DNA from: Escherichia coli
Lineage (GTDB): Bacteria; Pseudomonadota; Gammaproteobacteria; Enterobacterales; Enterobacteriaceae
Assembly: GCF_016903815.1 (NCBI RefSeq)
Contig: NZ_CP069973.1
DNA: 64,000 bases
Strand: one strand, 5' to 3'
The position numbers and the translations under genes were made by a program. Below are positions 1-11,972 of this stretch, one piece after another (the stretch's first letter is position 1; each line of letters opens with the position of its first letter). The notes under the pieces were generated by a model. The model did no database searches. It was given only the letters and a program-made list of their open reading frames with translations, and was not told where the DNA came from.

Positions 1-678
1 ATTTTTGCCGTTTTATCGCTGCTGGTGGCGGGGAAATTGCAGGCAGGAGTGGTGGTTGGCGGAACGCGATTTATCTTCCCGGCAGACAGAGAATCGATAT
101 CTATTTCACTGACTAATACCAGTCAGGAATCCTGGCTTATTAACAGTAAAATCAATCGCCCAACGCGTTGGGCCGGGGGGGAAGCGTCGACAGTGCCAGC
201 ACCATTACTGGCCGCGCCGCCACTTATTCTCCTTAAGCCCGGTACTACAGGCACATTGCGCTTGCTGAGAACGGAAAGCGACATCTTGCCTGTGGATCGC
301 GAAACGCTATTTGAGTTAAGCATTGCCAGCGTACCATCCGGCAAAGTTGAAAATCAGAGCGTAAAAGTGGCGATGCGCTCGATATTTAAACTGTTCTGGC
401 GACCCGAAGGTTTGCCGGGCGACCCGCTGGAAGCTTATCAACAATTACGCTGGACACGGAATTCGCAGGGTGTACAACTCACTAACCCAACGCCTTACTA
501 CATTAACCTGATTCAGGTGAGCGTAAATGGTAAAGCGTTAAGTAATGCGGGAGTTGTGCCACCTAAAAGCCAGCGTCAGACAAGCTGGTGTCAGACAATA
601 GCACCGTGTCATGTCGCCTGGCGGACGATAAATGATTACGGCGGGTTGAGTGCAAAGAAGGAGCAAAATCTGCTCTGA
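1..678 (+). CDS. ycbF: Periplasmic fimbrial (pilus) chaperone, 5' end truncated by window edge
   Basis: Frame is open from base 1 (…LLVAGKLQA/GVVVGGTRFIFP resembles signal-peptide end plus chaperone N-terminus); position directly upstream of pyrD as in K-12. Confidence 0.7.
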   Translation: MFAVLSLLVAGKLQAGVVVGGTRFIFPADRESISISLTNTSQESWLINSKINRPTRWAGGEASTVPAPLLAAPPLILLKPGTTGTLRLLRTESDILPVDRETLFELSIASVPSGKVENQSVKVAMRSIFKLFWRPEGLPGDPLEAYQQLRWTRNSQGVQLTNPTPYYINLIQVSVNGKALSNAGVVPPKSQRQTSWCQTIAPCHVAWRTINDYGGLSAKKEQNLL

Positions 679-788
679 AACAGGCTCGGAAAACGTTTGC
701 GCTTTTTTTGCCACAGGTCAATTCCCTTTTGGTCCGAACTCGCACATAATACGCCCCCGGTTTGCACACCGGGAATCCAGGAGAGTTC

Positions 789-1799
789 ATGTACTACCCC
801 TTCGTTCGTAAAGCCCTTTTCCAGCTCGATCCAGAGCGCGCTCATGAGTTTACTTTTCAGCAATTACGCCGCATTACCGGAACGCCGTTTGAAGCACTGG
901 TGCGGCAGAAAGTGCCTGCGAAACCTGTTAACTGCATGGGCCTGACGTTTAAAAATCCGCTTGGTCTGGCAGCCGGTCTTGATAAAGACGGGGAGTGCAT
1001 TGACGCGTTAGGCGCGATGGGATTTGGATCGATCGAGATCGGTACCGTCACGCCACGTCCACAGCCAGGTAATGACAAGCCGCGTCTCTTTCGTCTGGTA
1101 GATGCCGAAGGTTTGATCAACCGTATGGGCTTTAATAATCTTGGCGTTGATAACCTCGTAGAGAACGTAAAAAAAGCCCATTATGATGGCGTCCTGGGTA
1201 TTAACATCGGCAAAAATAAAGATACGCCGGTGGAGCAGGGTAAAGATGACTATCTGATTTGTATGGAAAAAATCTATGCTTATGCGGGATATATCGCCAT
1301 CAATATTTCATCGCCGAATACCCCAGGACTACGCACACTGCAATATGGCGAAGCGCTGGATGATCTCTTAACCGCGATTAAAAATAAGCAAAATGATTTG
1401 CAAGCGATGCACCATAAATATGTGCCGATCGCAGTGAAGATCGCGCCGGATCTTTCTGAAGAAGAATTGATCCAGGTTGCCGATAGTTTAGTTCGCCATA
1501 ATATTGATGGCGTTATTGCAACCAATACCACTCTCGATCGTTCTCTGGTTCAGGGAATGAAAAATTGCGATCAAACCGGTGGCTTAAGTGGTCGTCCGCT
1601 TCAGTTAAAAAGCACAGAAATTATTCGCCGCTTGTCACAGGAATTAAACGGTCGCTTACCGATCATCGGTGTTGGCGGCATTGACTCGGTTATCGCTGCG
1701 CGTGAAAAGATTGCTGCGGGGGCCTCACTGGTGCAAATTTATTCTGGTTTTATTTTTAAAGGTCCGCCGCTGATTAAAGAAATCGTTACCCATATCTAA
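789..1799 (+). CDS. pyrD: Dihydroorotate dehydrogenase (quinone)
   Basis: Translation [21 protein letters not shown]… matches PyrD; start moved to internal ATG at 789 preceded by GGAG; ORF track starts at 762. Confidence 0.95.
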   Translation: MYYPFVRKALFQLDPERAHEFTFQQLRRITGTPFEALVRQKVPAKPVNCMGLTFKNPLGLAAGLDKDGECIDALGAMGFGSIEIGTVTPRPQPGNDKPRLFRLVDAEGLINRMGFNNLGVDNLVENVKKAHYDGVLGINIGKNKDTPVEQGKDDYLICMEKIYAYAGYIAINISSPNTPGLRTLQYGEALDDLLTAIKNKQNDLQAMHHKYVPIAVKIAPDLSEEELIQVADSLVRHNIDGVIATNTTLDRSLVQGMKNCDQTGGLSGRPLQLKSTEIIRRLSQELNGRLPIIGVGGIDSVIAAREKIAAGASLVQIYSGFIFKGPPLIKEIVTHI

Positions 1800-1972
1800 T
1801 TATTTCTTCGAATTCCTCTTTATAAGATAATCAGGGCTTTATTTTAAGCCCTGGTTGTTTTATATTCATCGCTGTTGCTTATTTAGACATTTTGTACTTT
1901 TATTGTTGAGGTTATTAAGCGAAGCGACAATGGATTGTGTTGCTGCGGTTTTATAGGGTAGGGGAGAGGCAG

Positions 1973-2515
1973 ATGCGAATTAAACCAGACGATAACTGGC
2001 GTTGGTATTACGATGAAGAGCACGATCGAATGATGCTCGATTTAGCCAATGGTATGCTATTTCGCTCACGTTTTGAGCGCAAAATGTTGACTCCAGATGC
2101 CTTTTCTCCCGCAGGCTTTTGCGTTGACGATGCTGCGCTCTATTTCTCGTTTGAAGAAAAGTGCCGCGATTTTAATTTATCTAAAGAACAAAAAGCCGAA
2201 CTGGTGCTGAATGCACTGGTAGCAATTCGTTATCTCAAACCGCAAATGCCGAAAAGCTGGCATTTTGTTTCCCATGGAGAAATGTGGGTGCCCATGCCGG
2301 GCGATGCGGCCTGCGTTTGGTTGAGCGATACTCACGAGCAAGTCAATTTGCTGGTCGTTGAATCTGGCGAAAATGCCGCGCTATGTCTGCTAGCCCAACC
2401 CTGCGTTGTTATTGCGGGTCGCGCGATGCAGTTGGGCGACGCCATTAAAATCATGAACGACAGGCTGAAACCGCAGGTGAATGTTGACAGCTTCAGCCTC
2501 GAACAGGCAGTCTAA
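1973..2515 (+). CDS. zapC: Cell division protein ZapC
   Basis: [30 protein letters not shown]… ; start at internal ATG of the ORF-track ORF. Confidence 0.85.
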   Translation: MRIKPDDNWRWYYDEEHDRMMLDLANGMLFRSRFERKMLTPDAFSPAGFCVDDAALYFSFEEKCRDFNLSKEQKAELVLNALVAIRYLKPQMPKSWHFVSHGEMWVPMPGDAACVWLSDTHEQVNLLVVESGENAALCLLAQPCVVIAGRAMQLGDAIKIMNDRLKPQVNVDSFSLEQAV

Positions 2516-3621
2516 CGCGCCAACTTAAGTGCAGTCTTCGGTACACAGCTACAGCAAAGAATGGTGCCATCATCGCCCATTGCTGATTTTTTCAGCGGCG
2601 TGACTTCGCCTTCTAAAAGCTGAACACGGCAACTTCCACAAATGCCCGCGCGGCAAGAATAAGGGATACGAATTCCCTGATTTTCTAATTGCTCCAGCAA
2701 CACCTGCTGGTTATTTCCACGAAATGCCTGTCCCTGCCAGTCAATATCTACATTTGCGTCCGGTTGTTGCGTGATGTTGACGGTATCATCAGCGGCGGCT
2801 GCGCCGTAAATTTTAGCCGGAGCCGTTGCCAGAATTTCCACCTCATCGCCAATGCGAATTACGCCACTATTACGGGCAATTAAATTCTGGCCAAAATCGA
2901 CATCGCCGTTATCCTGGGCAGTGCGGAAAGATTGCAATGTTTTTAATGGTTCGCCTGCCGGATGTTTTTGCCCTTTTTCTGGGCTGACGGTGGTGAAAAT
3001 ACAGCGGCTACAAGGTTTAACCACATCAAACACCACATCACCAATACGAATCACTTTCCAGCTATCTTCTTCCCAGGCTGACGCGCCGGAAACCACCAGA
3101 TTAGGGCGGAATTGCTCCATTTTTACACTGGCCGGACAACGTTGTTGGAGATCACGTAACGAGGCTTCGTTAGCAAGAAGGTAAGGATAGCCATCAGCAA
3201 ATGACAGGGGTACAGTGTTGTGGCGTTTCACGCGCCGCGTCATTTGTGGCCCCACCCAGCGCAACTGCACTTCGCGGGAGAAAAATCCACTTAGCCATTT
3301 GTTGATCGCGTCTGGCGCAATTCGCGCGGTAAAATGTGTGCCCCAAACTTCGGTTGGTGCGTCTTGTGTGGCGAAATCAGCAAAACGAACATATGCGCTA
3401 CTGCCATCTGGTGCGGTGAGATGCAAGCCATCATGCACAGGTGAAGGAGTAAACCGTACCATTTGCGGAAACTGGCGAGCGGTAATAAACGTACCGTCAG
3501 GTTCCGTGATCATAAAGATGCGATCGAAGGCCAGACCACTGACATCTGCCAGAGCATGTGTAAGACCAATGCCGCGCATCGATTTAACAGGATGAATAAA
3601 AAGCCGGGTTAATGTCGCCAC
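2512..3621 (-). CDS. ycbX: MOSC-domain 2Fe-2S protein YcbX
   Basis: 369 aa ORF; C-terminal CxxGxCGxC ferredoxin-like cysteines (CRAGICGSC); conserved position. Confidence 0.85.
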   Translation of the reverse strand: MATLTRLFIHPVKSMRGIGLTHALADVSGLAFDRIFMITEPDGTFITARQFPQMVRFTPSPVHDGLHLTAPDGSSAYVRFADFATQDAPTEVWGTHFTARIAPDAINKWLSGFFSREVQLRWVGPQMTRRVKRHNTVPLSFADGYPYLLANEASLRDLQQRCPASVKMEQFRPNLVVSGASAWEEDSWKVIRIGDVVFDVVKPCSRCIFTTVSPEKGQKHPAGEPLKTLQSFRTAQDNGDVDFGQNLIARNSGVIRIGDEVEILATAPAKIYGAAAADDTVNITQQPDANVDIDWQGQAFRGNNQQVLLEQLENQGIRIPYSCRAGICGSCRVQLLEGEVTPLKKSAMGDDGTILCCSCVPKTALKLAR

Positions 3622-3864
3622 GGTGCGGTCCTCAAATGAAAATAAGCCCTCAACTTTATGACATGACGCGCTTATTAGCTATAATGCGCAACAATTTTCT
3701 TAGCGCCTGTCCCATTAGGCTATTTTATTTGTCAGTTTGGCCCAGGGAAGTGCTCGAAATCCTCACGTACTTGTGTACGCTCCGGTTTCTCCGCGCTGTC
3801 CATGTCCAGACTGACTGCAACAATTACGCCTACTGCGGTAGGCTCTTAGAGTAAAAGTGACGAT

Positions 3865-5973
3865 ATGAATTCTCTGTTTGCCAGTACGGCCCGTGGGCTG
3901 GAAGAGCTGTTAAAAACTGAACTGGAAAACCTGGGGGCCGTTGAATGCCAGGTGGTTCAGGGTGGGGTCCATTTCAAGGGCGACACACGGCTTGTTTACC
4001 AGAGCCTGATGTGGAGCCGCCTGGCCTCGCGTATTATGTTGCCGCTGGGCGAGTGTAAGGTTTACAGCGATTTAGACCTCTATCTCGGTGTTCAGGCGAT
4101 CAACTGGACAGAGATGTTTAATCCTGGCGCGACCTTCGCTGTCCACTTCAGTGGTTTGAATGACACCATCCGCAACAGTCAGTACGGTGCGATGAAAGTG
4201 AAAGACGCGATTGTCGATGCTTTCACGCGGAAAAATCTGCCGCGTCCAAATGTTGATCGCGATGCGCCGGATATCCGCGTTAACGTCTGGCTGCATAAAG
4301 AAACCGCCAGTATCGCCCTTGATCTCAGTGGTGATGGTTTACATCTGCGTGGCTATCGCGATCGTGCTGGTATTGCGCCGATCAAAGAAACCCTGGCAGC
4401 CGCTATTGTGATGCGATCCGGCTGGCAGCCAGGAACACCGCTGCTCGATCCGATGTGTGGTTCCGGTACGTTGCTGATTGAAGCGGCGATGCTGGCGACC
4501 GATCGCGCACCAGGCTTGCACCGTGGGCGTTGGGGCTTTAGCGGCTGGGCGCAGCATGATGAAGCTATCTGGCAGGAAGTGAAAGCGGAAGCGCAAACTC
4601 GCGCCCGTAAAGGTCTGGCTGAGTACAACTCTCATTTATACGGTTCCGACAGCGACGCACGGGTGATTCAACGTGCGCGCACTAACGCCCGTCTTGCGGG
4701 GATTGGTGAACTGATCACCTTTGAGGTGAAAGATGTCGCGCAACTGACCAATCCGCTGCCGAAAGGGCCGTACGGTACAGTGTTGAGCAACCCGCCATAC
4801 GGTGAACGTCTGGACAGCGAACCGGCGCTGATTGCGCTGCATAGTCTGCTGGGCCGAATCATGAAAAACCAGTTCGGTGGCTGGAATCTCTCTTTGTTTA
4901 GTGCCTCGCCGGATCTGTTAAGTTGCCTGCAGTTGCGTGCAGACAAACAGTACAAAGCGAAAAACGGTCCATTAGACTGCGTGCAGAAAAATTACCACGT
5001 TGCCGAAAGCACACCAGACAGCAAACCGGCAATGGTGGCAGAAGACTACGCCAACCGTCTGCGTAAGAACCTCAAAAAATTCGAGAAGTGGGCGCGTCAG
5101 GAAGGCATTGAATGCTACCGCCTGTACGACGCCGATCTACCGGAATACAACGTTGCAGTTGACCGTTATGCCGACTGGGTGGTGGTGCAGGAGTATGCGC
5201 CGCCAAAAACTATTGATGCGCACAAAGCGCGTCAGCGTCTGTTCGATATTATCGCTGCAACCATTTCGGTACTGGGGATTGCGCCAAACAAACTGGTGCT
5301 GAAAACCCGTGAACGCCAGAAGGGCAAAAATCAGTACCAGAAACTGGGCGAGAAGGGCGAGTTTCTCGAAGTCACCGAATATAACGCTCACTTGTGGGTG
5401 AACCTGACGGATTACCTCGATACCGGTCTGTTCCTCGATCACCGTATCGCCCGTCGTATGCTCGGTCAGATGAGCAAAGGCAAAGATTTCCTCAACCTGT
5501 TCTCTTATACCGGCAGCGCCACCGTGCACGCGGGATTAGGCGGTGCACGCAGCACCACCACCGTGGATATGTCGCGTACTTATCTGGAGTGGGCAGAACG
5601 CAACCTGCGTCTGAATGGCCTAACCGGGCGTGCGCATCGCCTGATTCAGGCCGATTGCCTGGCGTGGCTGCGTGAGGCAAATGAACAGTTCGATCTGATC
5701 TTTATCGATCCACCAACCTTCTCTAACTCAAAACGAATGGAAGATGCGTTTGATGTTCAGCGCGATCATCTGGCGCTGATGAAAGATTTGAAACGTCTGC
5801 TGCGTGCTGGTGGGACGATCATGTTCTCGAACAACAAACGTGGCTTCCGTATGGATCTTGACGGACTGGCAAAACTGGGACTGAAAGCACAAGAAATTAC
5901 GCAAAAAACGCTCTCCCAGGATTTCGCCCGAAACCGCCAGATCCACAACTGCTGGCTGATTACCGCAGCCTGA
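3865..5973 (+). CDS. rlmL: Bifunctional 23S rRNA methyltransferase RlmKL
   Basis: 702 aa; SAM-MTase motifs ([27 protein letters not shown]). Confidence 0.9.
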   Translation: MNSLFASTARGLEELLKTELENLGAVECQVVQGGVHFKGDTRLVYQSLMWSRLASRIMLPLGECKVYSDLDLYLGVQAINWTEMFNPGATFAVHFSGLNDTIRNSQYGAMKVKDAIVDAFTRKNLPRPNVDRDAPDIRVNVWLHKETASIALDLSGDGLHLRGYRDRAGIAPIKETLAAAIVMRSGWQPGTPLLDPMCGSGTLLIEAAMLATDRAPGLHRGRWGFSGWAQHDEAIWQEVKAEAQTRARKGLAEYNSHLYGSDSDARVIQRARTNARLAGIGELITFEVKDVAQLTNPLPKGPYGTVLSNPPYGERLDSEPALIALHSLLGRIMKNQFGGWNLSLFSASPDLLSCLQLRADKQYKAKNGPLDCVQKNYHVAESTPDSKPAMVAEDYANRLRKNLKKFEKWARQEGIECYRLYDADLPEYNVAVDRYADWVVVQEYAPPKTIDAHKARQRLFDIIAATISVLGIAPNKLVLKTRERQKGKNQYQKLGEKGEFLEVTEYNAHLWVNLTDYLDTGLFLDHRIARRMLGQMSKGKDFLNLFSYTGSATVHAGLGGARSTTTVDMSRTYLEWAERNLRLNGLTGRAHRLIQADCLAWLREANEQFDLIFIDPPTFSNSKRMEDAFDVQRDHLALMKDLKRLLRAGGTIMFSNNKRGFRMDLDGLAKLGLKAQEITQKTLSQDFARNRQIHNCWLITAA

Positions 5974-5984
5974 AAGGAATAGTA

Positions 5985-7892
5985 ATGTCATTAATCAGTA
6001 TGCATGGCGCATGGCTGTCGTTCAGCGACGCGCCGCTTCTCGATAACGCAGAACTGCATATCGAAGATAACGAACGTGTTTGTCTGGTAGGCCGCAACGG
6101 CGCAGGCAAATCGACGTTAATGAAAATCCTCAACCGTGAACAAGGGCTGGATGACGGTCGCATTATTTACGAGCAAGATTTGATTGTAGCTCGTCTGCAA
6201 CAGGATCCGCCGCGTAACGTTGAGGGGAGTGTTTATGATTTCGTTGCCGAAGGCATTGAAGAACAAGCGGAATACCTGAAACGCTATCACGATATTTCGC
6301 GCCTGGTGATGAACGACCCGAGCGAGAAAAATCTCAACGAACTGGCGAAGGTTCAGGAACAGTTGGATCACCACAACCTGTGGCAGCTGGAAAACCGCAT
6401 TAACGAAGTGCTGGCGCAACTGGGGTTAGATCCTAACGTTGCGCTGTCGTCGCTTTCCGGCGGCTGGTTGCGTAAAGCGGCATTAGGACGCGCGCTGGTG
6501 AGCAATCCGCGCGTATTGCTGCTCGACGAACCGACTAACCACCTGGATATCGAAACCATCGACTGGCTGGAAGGATTCCTTAAAACCTTCAATGGGACGA
6601 TAATTTTCATCTCCCACGACCGTTCGTTTATCCGCAATATGGCGACGCGCATTGTTGATCTCGATCGCGGCAAGCTTGTGACCTATCCTGGGAATTACGA
6701 CCAGTACCTGCTGGAAAAAGAAGAAGCCCTGCGCGTGGAAGAACTACAAAATGCCGAGTTCGATCGCAAACTGGCGCAGGAAGAGGTGTGGATCCGCCAG
6801 GGGATCAAAGCACGCCGTACCCGTAATGAAGGCCGCGTACGCGCCCTGAAAGCAATGCGTCGCGAGCGTGGCGAACGTCGCGAAGTGATGGGTACCGCAA
6901 AAATGCAGGTGGAAGAAGCCAGTCGCTCCGGTAAGATCGTTTTCGAAATGGAAGACGTTTGCTACCAGGTTGACGGTAAGCAACTGGTGAAAGATTTTTC
7001 GGCCCAGGTTCTACGTGGCGACAAAATTGCCCTGATTGGCCCGAATGGGTGCGGCAAAACCACGCTGCTGAAACTGATGCTCGGTCAGCTTCAGGCGGAC
7101 AGCGGGCGTATTCACGTTGGCACCAAACTGGAAGTGGCTTATTTCGATCAGCACCGTGCGGAACTGGATCCCGATAAAACGGTGATGGATAACCTTGCTG
7201 AAGGTAAGCAAGAGGTGATGGTTAACGGCAAGCCACGCCATGTTTTGGGCTATTTGCAGGACTTCCTGTTCCATCCGAAACGGGCAATGACGCCGGTACG
7301 TGCGCTTTCTGGCGGTGAGCGTAACCGCTTGTTGTTGGCGCGTTTGTTCCTCAAACCAAGCAACTTATTGATTCTTGACGAACCGACCAACGATCTTGAT
7401 GTTGAAACGCTGGAACTGCTGGAAGAACTGATCGACAGCTACCAGGGCACGGTATTGCTGGTGAGCCACGATCGTCAGTTTGTCGATAACACCGTTACAG
7501 AATGCTGGATCTTCGAAGGCGGCGGTAAAATTGGTCGTTATGTCGGCGGTTATCATGATGCCCGTGGTCAGCAAGAACAGTATGTGGCGCTCAAACAGCC
7601 TGCGGTGAAAAAAATCGAAGAAGCCGCCGCGCCAAAAGCAGAAACTGTAAAACGCAGCAGTAGCAAACTAAGCTATAAATTGCAGCGCGAACTGGAGCAG
7701 CTACCGCAATTGCTCGAAGATCTGGAGGCGAAGCTGGAAGCCCTACAGACGCAGGTGGCGGATGCTTCCTTCTTCAGTCAGCCCCATGAGCAGACACAAA
7801 AAGTGCTCGCCGATATGGCTGCTGCAGAGCAGGAGCTGGAGCAAGCCTTTGAACGCTGGGAGTATCTTGAAGCGTTAAAAAATGGTGGCTGA
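5985..7892 (+). CDS. uup: ABC-F family ATPase Uup
   Basis: 635 aa with two Walker A boxes (GRNGAGKST, GPNGCGKTT) and two ABC signatures (LSGG). Confidence 0.9.
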   Translation: MSLISMHGAWLSFSDAPLLDNAELHIEDNERVCLVGRNGAGKSTLMKILNREQGLDDGRIIYEQDLIVARLQQDPPRNVEGSVYDFVAEGIEEQAEYLKRYHDISRLVMNDPSEKNLNELAKVQEQLDHHNLWQLENRINEVLAQLGLDPNVALSSLSGGWLRKAALGRALVSNPRVLLLDEPTNHLDIETIDWLEGFLKTFNGTIIFISHDRSFIRNMATRIVDLDRGKLVTYPGNYDQYLLEKEEALRVEELQNAEFDRKLAQEEVWIRQGIKARRTRNEGRVRALKAMRRERGERREVMGTAKMQVEEASRSGKIVFEMEDVCYQVDGKQLVKDFSAQVLRGDKIALIGPNGCGKTTLLKLMLGQLQADSGRIHVGTKLEVAYFDQHRAELDPDKTVMDNLAEGKQEVMVNGKPRHVLGYLQDFLFHPKRAMTPVRALSGGERNRLLLARLFLKPSNLLILDEPTNDLDVETLELLEELIDSYQGTVLLVSHDRQFVDNTVTECWIFEGGGKIGRYVGGYHDARGQQEQYVALKQPAVKKIEEAAAPKAETVKRSSSKLSYKLQRELEQLPQLLEDLEAKLEALQTQVADASFFSQPHEQTQKVLADMAAAEQELEQAFERWEYLEALKNGG

Positions 7893-8021
7893 TCGCAAAA
7901 TAGTCGATTTAAACAGAGACAGCTGACAACGGTAAAATTGCCTGATGAACTGGGTTTATCAGGCATGAAAACCAACACTTTGTTAGTCATCTGTAAAATA
8001 GCGCATCATTAAGGAGTACCA

Positions 8022-9275
8022 ATGTGCGAACATCATCATGCCGCGAAGCACATCCTGTGCTCGCAGTGTGACATGCTGGTGGCGTTACCGCGCCTTGAGC
8101 ATGGTCAGAAAGCGGCATGTCCCCGGTGTGGCACAACGTTAACCGTGGCGTGGGATGCCCCTCGGCAGCGTCCCACCGCCTATGCGTTGGCTGCACTGTT
8201 CATGCTGTTGCTGTCCAACTTGTTTCCTTTTGTGAATATGAACGTTGCAGGAGTTACCAGTGAAATTACATTACTGGAAATTCCCGGCGTGCTTTTTTCT
8301 GAGGACTACGCCAGCCTCGGCACCTTTTTCCTGTTGTTTGTGCAACTGGTTCCCGCGTTTTGTCTGATAACCATTCTGTTACTGGTGAATCGCGCGGAAT
8401 TACCGGTCCGTTTAAAAGAGCAACTGGCACGGGTGCTTTTTCAACTCAAAACCTGGGGAATGGCGGAGATTTTCCTCGCGGGTGTGCTGGTCAGTTTCGT
8501 TAAACTGATGGCCTACGGCAGCATTGGTGTCGGCAGCAGCTTTCTCCCCTGGTGTTTATTTTGTGTCCTGCAACTGCGCGCCTTTCAGTGCGTTGATCGT
8601 CGCTGGTTATGGGACGATATCGCCCCGATGCCAGAACTGCGCCAGCCGCTAAAACCTGGCGTCACGGGGATACGTCAGGGGCTGCGTTCGTGCTCCTGTT
8701 GTACGGCAATCCTTCCTGCTGACGAACCCGTGTGCCCGCGTTGTAGTACCAAAGGGTACGTTCGACGTAGAAACAGCCTGCAATGGACACTCGCGCTGCT
8801 TGTTACGTCCATCATGCTGTATCTTCCGGCTAATATTTTGCCCATCATGGTGACGGATTTATTAGGCTCGAAGATGCCATCGACGATTCTCGCTGGGGTC
8901 ATCCTGTTATGGAGCGAAGGCTCTTACCCCGTCGCTGCGGTTATCTTTCTGGCCAGTATTATGGTGCCAACGTTAAAGATGATCGCCATAGCGTGGTTGT
9001 GTTGGGATGCCAAAGGGCATGGCAAGCGCGACAGTGAAAGAATGCATTTGATTTATGAAGTTGTTGAGTTTGTAGGCCGCTGGTCGATGATTGACGTTTT
9101 CGTTATCGCGGTGCTCTCGGCGCTGGTGCGTATGGGAGGTTTAATGAGTATTTATCCGGCAATGGGTGCATTAATGTTTGCTTTAGTCGTCATAATGACA
9201 ATGTTTTCTGCTATGACGTTTGACCCGCGTTTGTCGTGGGATCGTCAACCTGAATCAGAGCATGAGGAGTCCTGA
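8022..9275 (+). CDS. pqiA: Paraquat-inducible membrane protein PqiA
   Basis: 417 aa integral membrane ORF, N-terminal Cys pairs; conserved position. Confidence 0.9.
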   Translation: MCEHHHAAKHILCSQCDMLVALPRLEHGQKAACPRCGTTLTVAWDAPRQRPTAYALAALFMLLLSNLFPFVNMNVAGVTSEITLLEIPGVLFSEDYASLGTFFLLFVQLVPAFCLITILLLVNRAELPVRLKEQLARVLFQLKTWGMAEIFLAGVLVSFVKLMAYGSIGVGSSFLPWCLFCVLQLRAFQCVDRRWLWDDIAPMPELRQPLKPGVTGIRQGLRSCSCCTAILPADEPVCPRCSTKGYVRRRNSLQWTLALLVTSIMLYLPANILPIMVTDLLGSKMPSTILAGVILLWSEGSYPVAAVIFLASIMVPTLKMIAIAWLCWDAKGHGKRDSERMHLIYEVVEFVGRWSMIDVFVIAVLSALVRMGGLMSIYPAMGALMFALVVIMTMFSAMTFDPRLSWDRQPESEHEES

Positions 9276-9279
9276 CAGT

Positions 9280-10920
9280 ATGGAATCTAATAATGGGGAA
9301 GCCAAAATCCAGAAAGTGAAGAACTGGTCTCCCGTGTGGATATTTCCTATCGTCACGGCGCTCATTGGGGCCTGGGTTCTTTTTTATCATTACAGCCATC
9401 AGGGGCCGGAAGTGACCCTGATCACCGCGAATGCGGAAGGAATAGAAGGTGGTAAAACCACCATTAAAAGCCGTAGCGTTGACGTCGGCGTGGTTGAAAG
9501 CGCCACACTGGCTGATGATTTGACGCACGTTGAAATCAAAGCGCGGCTGAATTCCGGTATGGAAAAATTGCTGCATAAAGATACCGTCTTTTGGGTGGTT
9601 AAACCGCAGATTGGTCGAGAAGGGATTAGCGGCCTGGGAACTCTGCTGTCTGGTGTTTATATCGAACTGCAGCCAGGCGCGAAAGGCAGCAAAATGGATA
9701 AATACGATTTGCTGGACTCACCACCGTTGGCCCCGCCTGATGCGAAAGGTATCCGTGTGATTCTCGATAGCAAAAAAGCCGGGCAGCTCTCGCCAGGAGA
9801 TCCCGTGCTGTTCCGTGGCTATCGGGTAGGTTCGGTTGAAACCAGCACCTTCGATACGCAAAAACGCAATATCAGCTATCAACTGTTCATCAATGCACCT
9901 TATGACCGACTGGTGACCAGCAATGTTCGCTTCTGGAAAGATAGTGGCATTGCGGTTGATCTGACGTCAGCGGGGATGCGTGTGGAGATGGGCTCATTGA
10001 CAACGCTGCTTAGTGGCGGTGTTAGCTTTGATGTGCCGGAAGGTCTGGATTTAGGGCAGCCAGTGGCACCGAAAACAGCTTTCGTTTTGTATGATGATCA
10101 GAAGAGCATTCAGGATTCGTTGTACACCGATCACATTGATTATCTGATGTTCTTTAAAGATTCGGTACGCGGCCTGCAACCGGGAGCTCCGGTAGAATTC
10201 CGGGGTATTCGCCTTGGTACCGTAAGCAAAGTGCCATTCTTTGCACCGAATATGCGTCAGACATTTAACGATGATTACCGTATTCCGGTACTGATTCGTA
10301 TCGAGCCAGAGCGGCTGAAAATGCAGCTTGGCGAAAATGCGGATGTTGTTGAGCACCTTGGCGAATTGTTGAAACGTGGTTTACGCGGATCGCTGAAAAC
10401 CGGAAACCTGGTCACTGGCGCACTGTATGTTGATCTCGATTTCTATCCAAATACGCCTGCAATAACCGGTATTCGTGAATTTAATGGCTATCAGATTATC
10501 CCGACCGTTAGCGGCGGTCTGGCGCAAATCCAACAACGACTGATGGAAGCGTTGGATAAGATCAACAAACTGCCATTGAATCCGATGATTGAACAGGCAA
10601 CCAGTACGCTTTCTGAAAGTCAGCGCACAATGAAAAACCTGCAAACGACGCTGGATAGCATGAACAAGATCCTCGCCAGCCAGTCGATGCAGCAGCTGCC
10701 GATGGATATGCAGTCAACGTTGCGTGAATTGAATCGCAGCATGCAGGGCTTCCAGCCTGGCTCCGCAGCCTACAACAAGATGGTGGCGGATATGCAGCGC
10801 CTTGATCAGGTGTTGCGAGAACTGCAACCGGTGCTGAAAACGCTCAATGAGAAGAGTAACGCGCTGGTATTTGAAGCGAAGGACAAAAAAGATCCAGAGC
10901 CGAAGAGGGCGAAACAATGA
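9280..10920 (+). CDS. pqiB: MCE-domain periplasmic lipid transport protein PqiB
   Basis: Start at internal ATG (MESNNGEAKIQKVKNW…); N-terminal TM helix followed by long periplasmic region. Confidence 0.85.
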   Translation: MESNNGEAKIQKVKNWSPVWIFPIVTALIGAWVLFYHYSHQGPEVTLITANAEGIEGGKTTIKSRSVDVGVVESATLADDLTHVEIKARLNSGMEKLLHKDTVFWVVKPQIGREGISGLGTLLSGVYIELQPGAKGSKMDKYDLLDSPPLAPPDAKGIRVILDSKKAGQLSPGDPVLFRGYRVGSVETSTFDTQKRNISYQLFINAPYDRLVTSNVRFWKDSGIAVDLTSAGMRVEMGSLTTLLSGGVSFDVPEGLDLGQPVAPKTAFVLYDDQKSIQDSLYTDHIDYLMFFKDSVRGLQPGAPVEFRGIRLGTVSKVPFFAPNMRQTFNDDYRIPVLIRIEPERLKMQLGENADVVEHLGELLKRGLRGSLKTGNLVTGALYVDLDFYPNTPAITGIREFNGYQIIPTVSGGLAQIQQRLMEALDKINKLPLNPMIEQATSTLSESQRTMKNLQTTLDSMNKILASQSMQQLPMDMQSTLRELNRSMQGFQPGSAAYNKMVADMQRLDQVLRELQPVLKTLNEKSNALVFEAKDKKDPEPKRAKQ

Positions 10921-11480
10921 AAAAGTGGCTAGTGACGATTGCAGCACTGTGGCTGGCCGGATGCAGCTCCGGCGAAATTAATAAAAACTATTACCAGTTA
11001 CCTGTGGTGCAGAGCGGTACACAAAGTACCGCCAGCCAGGGTAATCGCCTGTTATGGGTAGAGCAGGTCACTGTTCCTGACTATCTGGCGGGGAATGGTG
11101 TGGTTTATCAAACCAGTGATGTGAAGTATGTGATTGCCAACAACAACTTGTGGGCCAGCCCGTTGGATCAACAGTTGCGCAACACTCTGGTTGCCAACCT
11201 GAGCACGCAACTGCCCGGCTGGGTGGTTGCCTCCCAGCCTCTGGGAAGCGCCCAGGATACGCTCAATGTTACCGTAACGGAGTTTAACGGGCGATATGAT
11301 GGCAAGGTCATTGTCAGTGGTGAGTGGCTGTTGAACCACCAGGGACAACTGATCAAACGTCCGTTCCGTCTGGAAGGGGTGCAAACTCAGGATGGTTACG
11401 ATGAAATGGTTAAAGTGCTGGCCAGTGTCTGGAGTCAGGAAGCCGCTTCTATTGCGCAAGAGATAAAGCGTCTACCGTAA
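10917..11480 (+). CDS. pqiC: Lipoprotein PqiC (YmbA)
   Basis: Lipobox LAGCSS; ATGA overlap with pqiB stop suggests translational coupling. Confidence 0.85.
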   Translation: MKKWLVTIAALWLAGCSSGEINKNYYQLPVVQSGTQSTASQGNRLLWVEQVTVPDYLAGNGVVYQTSDVKYVIANNNLWASPLDQQLRNTLVANLSTQLPGWVVASQPLGSAQDTLNVTVTEFNGRYDGKVIVSGEWLLNHQGQLIKRPFRLEGVQTQDGYDEMVKVLASVWSQEAASIAQEIKRLP

Positions 11481-11735
11481 TCATAAAGATTTGTAAATAT
11501 AACCGTCTCCGGTATGTTGCCTGAGGCGGTTTTTTTGTTTCTAACTTGCGGAAAAAGTTGTTCCTCTTCACATTTTTTGTACAACTGACATGCCCGTGTA
11601 GCTCACAAATATGACAGTGGCGTGAATTTTGCGCATTGACGGCAGTTATGATTCGCGGTATTGCTTAACTGTGATTGCACATTTAGTAATCACTGTTTTC
11701 TTTTCCACCAGAAACCAGTATGAGGGAAACGAGGC

Positions 11736-11903
11736 ATGAAGAGACAAAAACGAGATCGCCTGGAACGGGCACATCAACGTGGTTATCAGGCCGGCATCGC
11801 CGGACGCTCAAAAGAAATGTGTCCCTATCAGACGCTGAATCAAAGGTCACAATGGCTGGGAGGCTGGCGAGAAGCCATGGCGGACAGGGTAGTAATGGCC
11901 TGA
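11736..11903 (+). CDS. rmf: Ribosome modulation factor (55 aa), below ORF-track cutoff
   Basis: Manual translation MKRQKRDRLERAHQRGYQAGIAGRSKEMCPYQTLNQRSQWLGGWREAMADRVVMA; RBS GAGG upstream. Confidence 0.9.
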   Translation: MKRQKRDRLERAHQRGYQAGIAGRSKEMCPYQTLNQRSQWLGGWREAMADRVVMA

Positions 11904-11916
11904 TTCTGTCTCTTTA

Positions 11917-11955
11917 AAAAGAAACCTCCGCATTGCGGAGGTTTCGCCTTTTGAT
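11917..11955. terminator. Bidirectional rho-independent terminator between rmf and fabA
   Basis: Hairpin AAACCTCCGCATTGCGGAGGTTT flanked by A and T runs. Confidence 0.6.
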
Positions 11956-11972
11956 ACTCTGTCTGATTATAA

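Noticed and set aside
762-788. Upstream ATG starts given by the ORF track for pyrD (and similarly zapC, helD, yccU, yccX, tusE, hyaA, appA, rutG, rutF, rutD, rutB, rutR, agp, torS, torD)
   Set aside because: The longest-ORF starts add N-terminal extensions lacking ribosome binding sites; internal starts matching the known protein N-termini were used instead.
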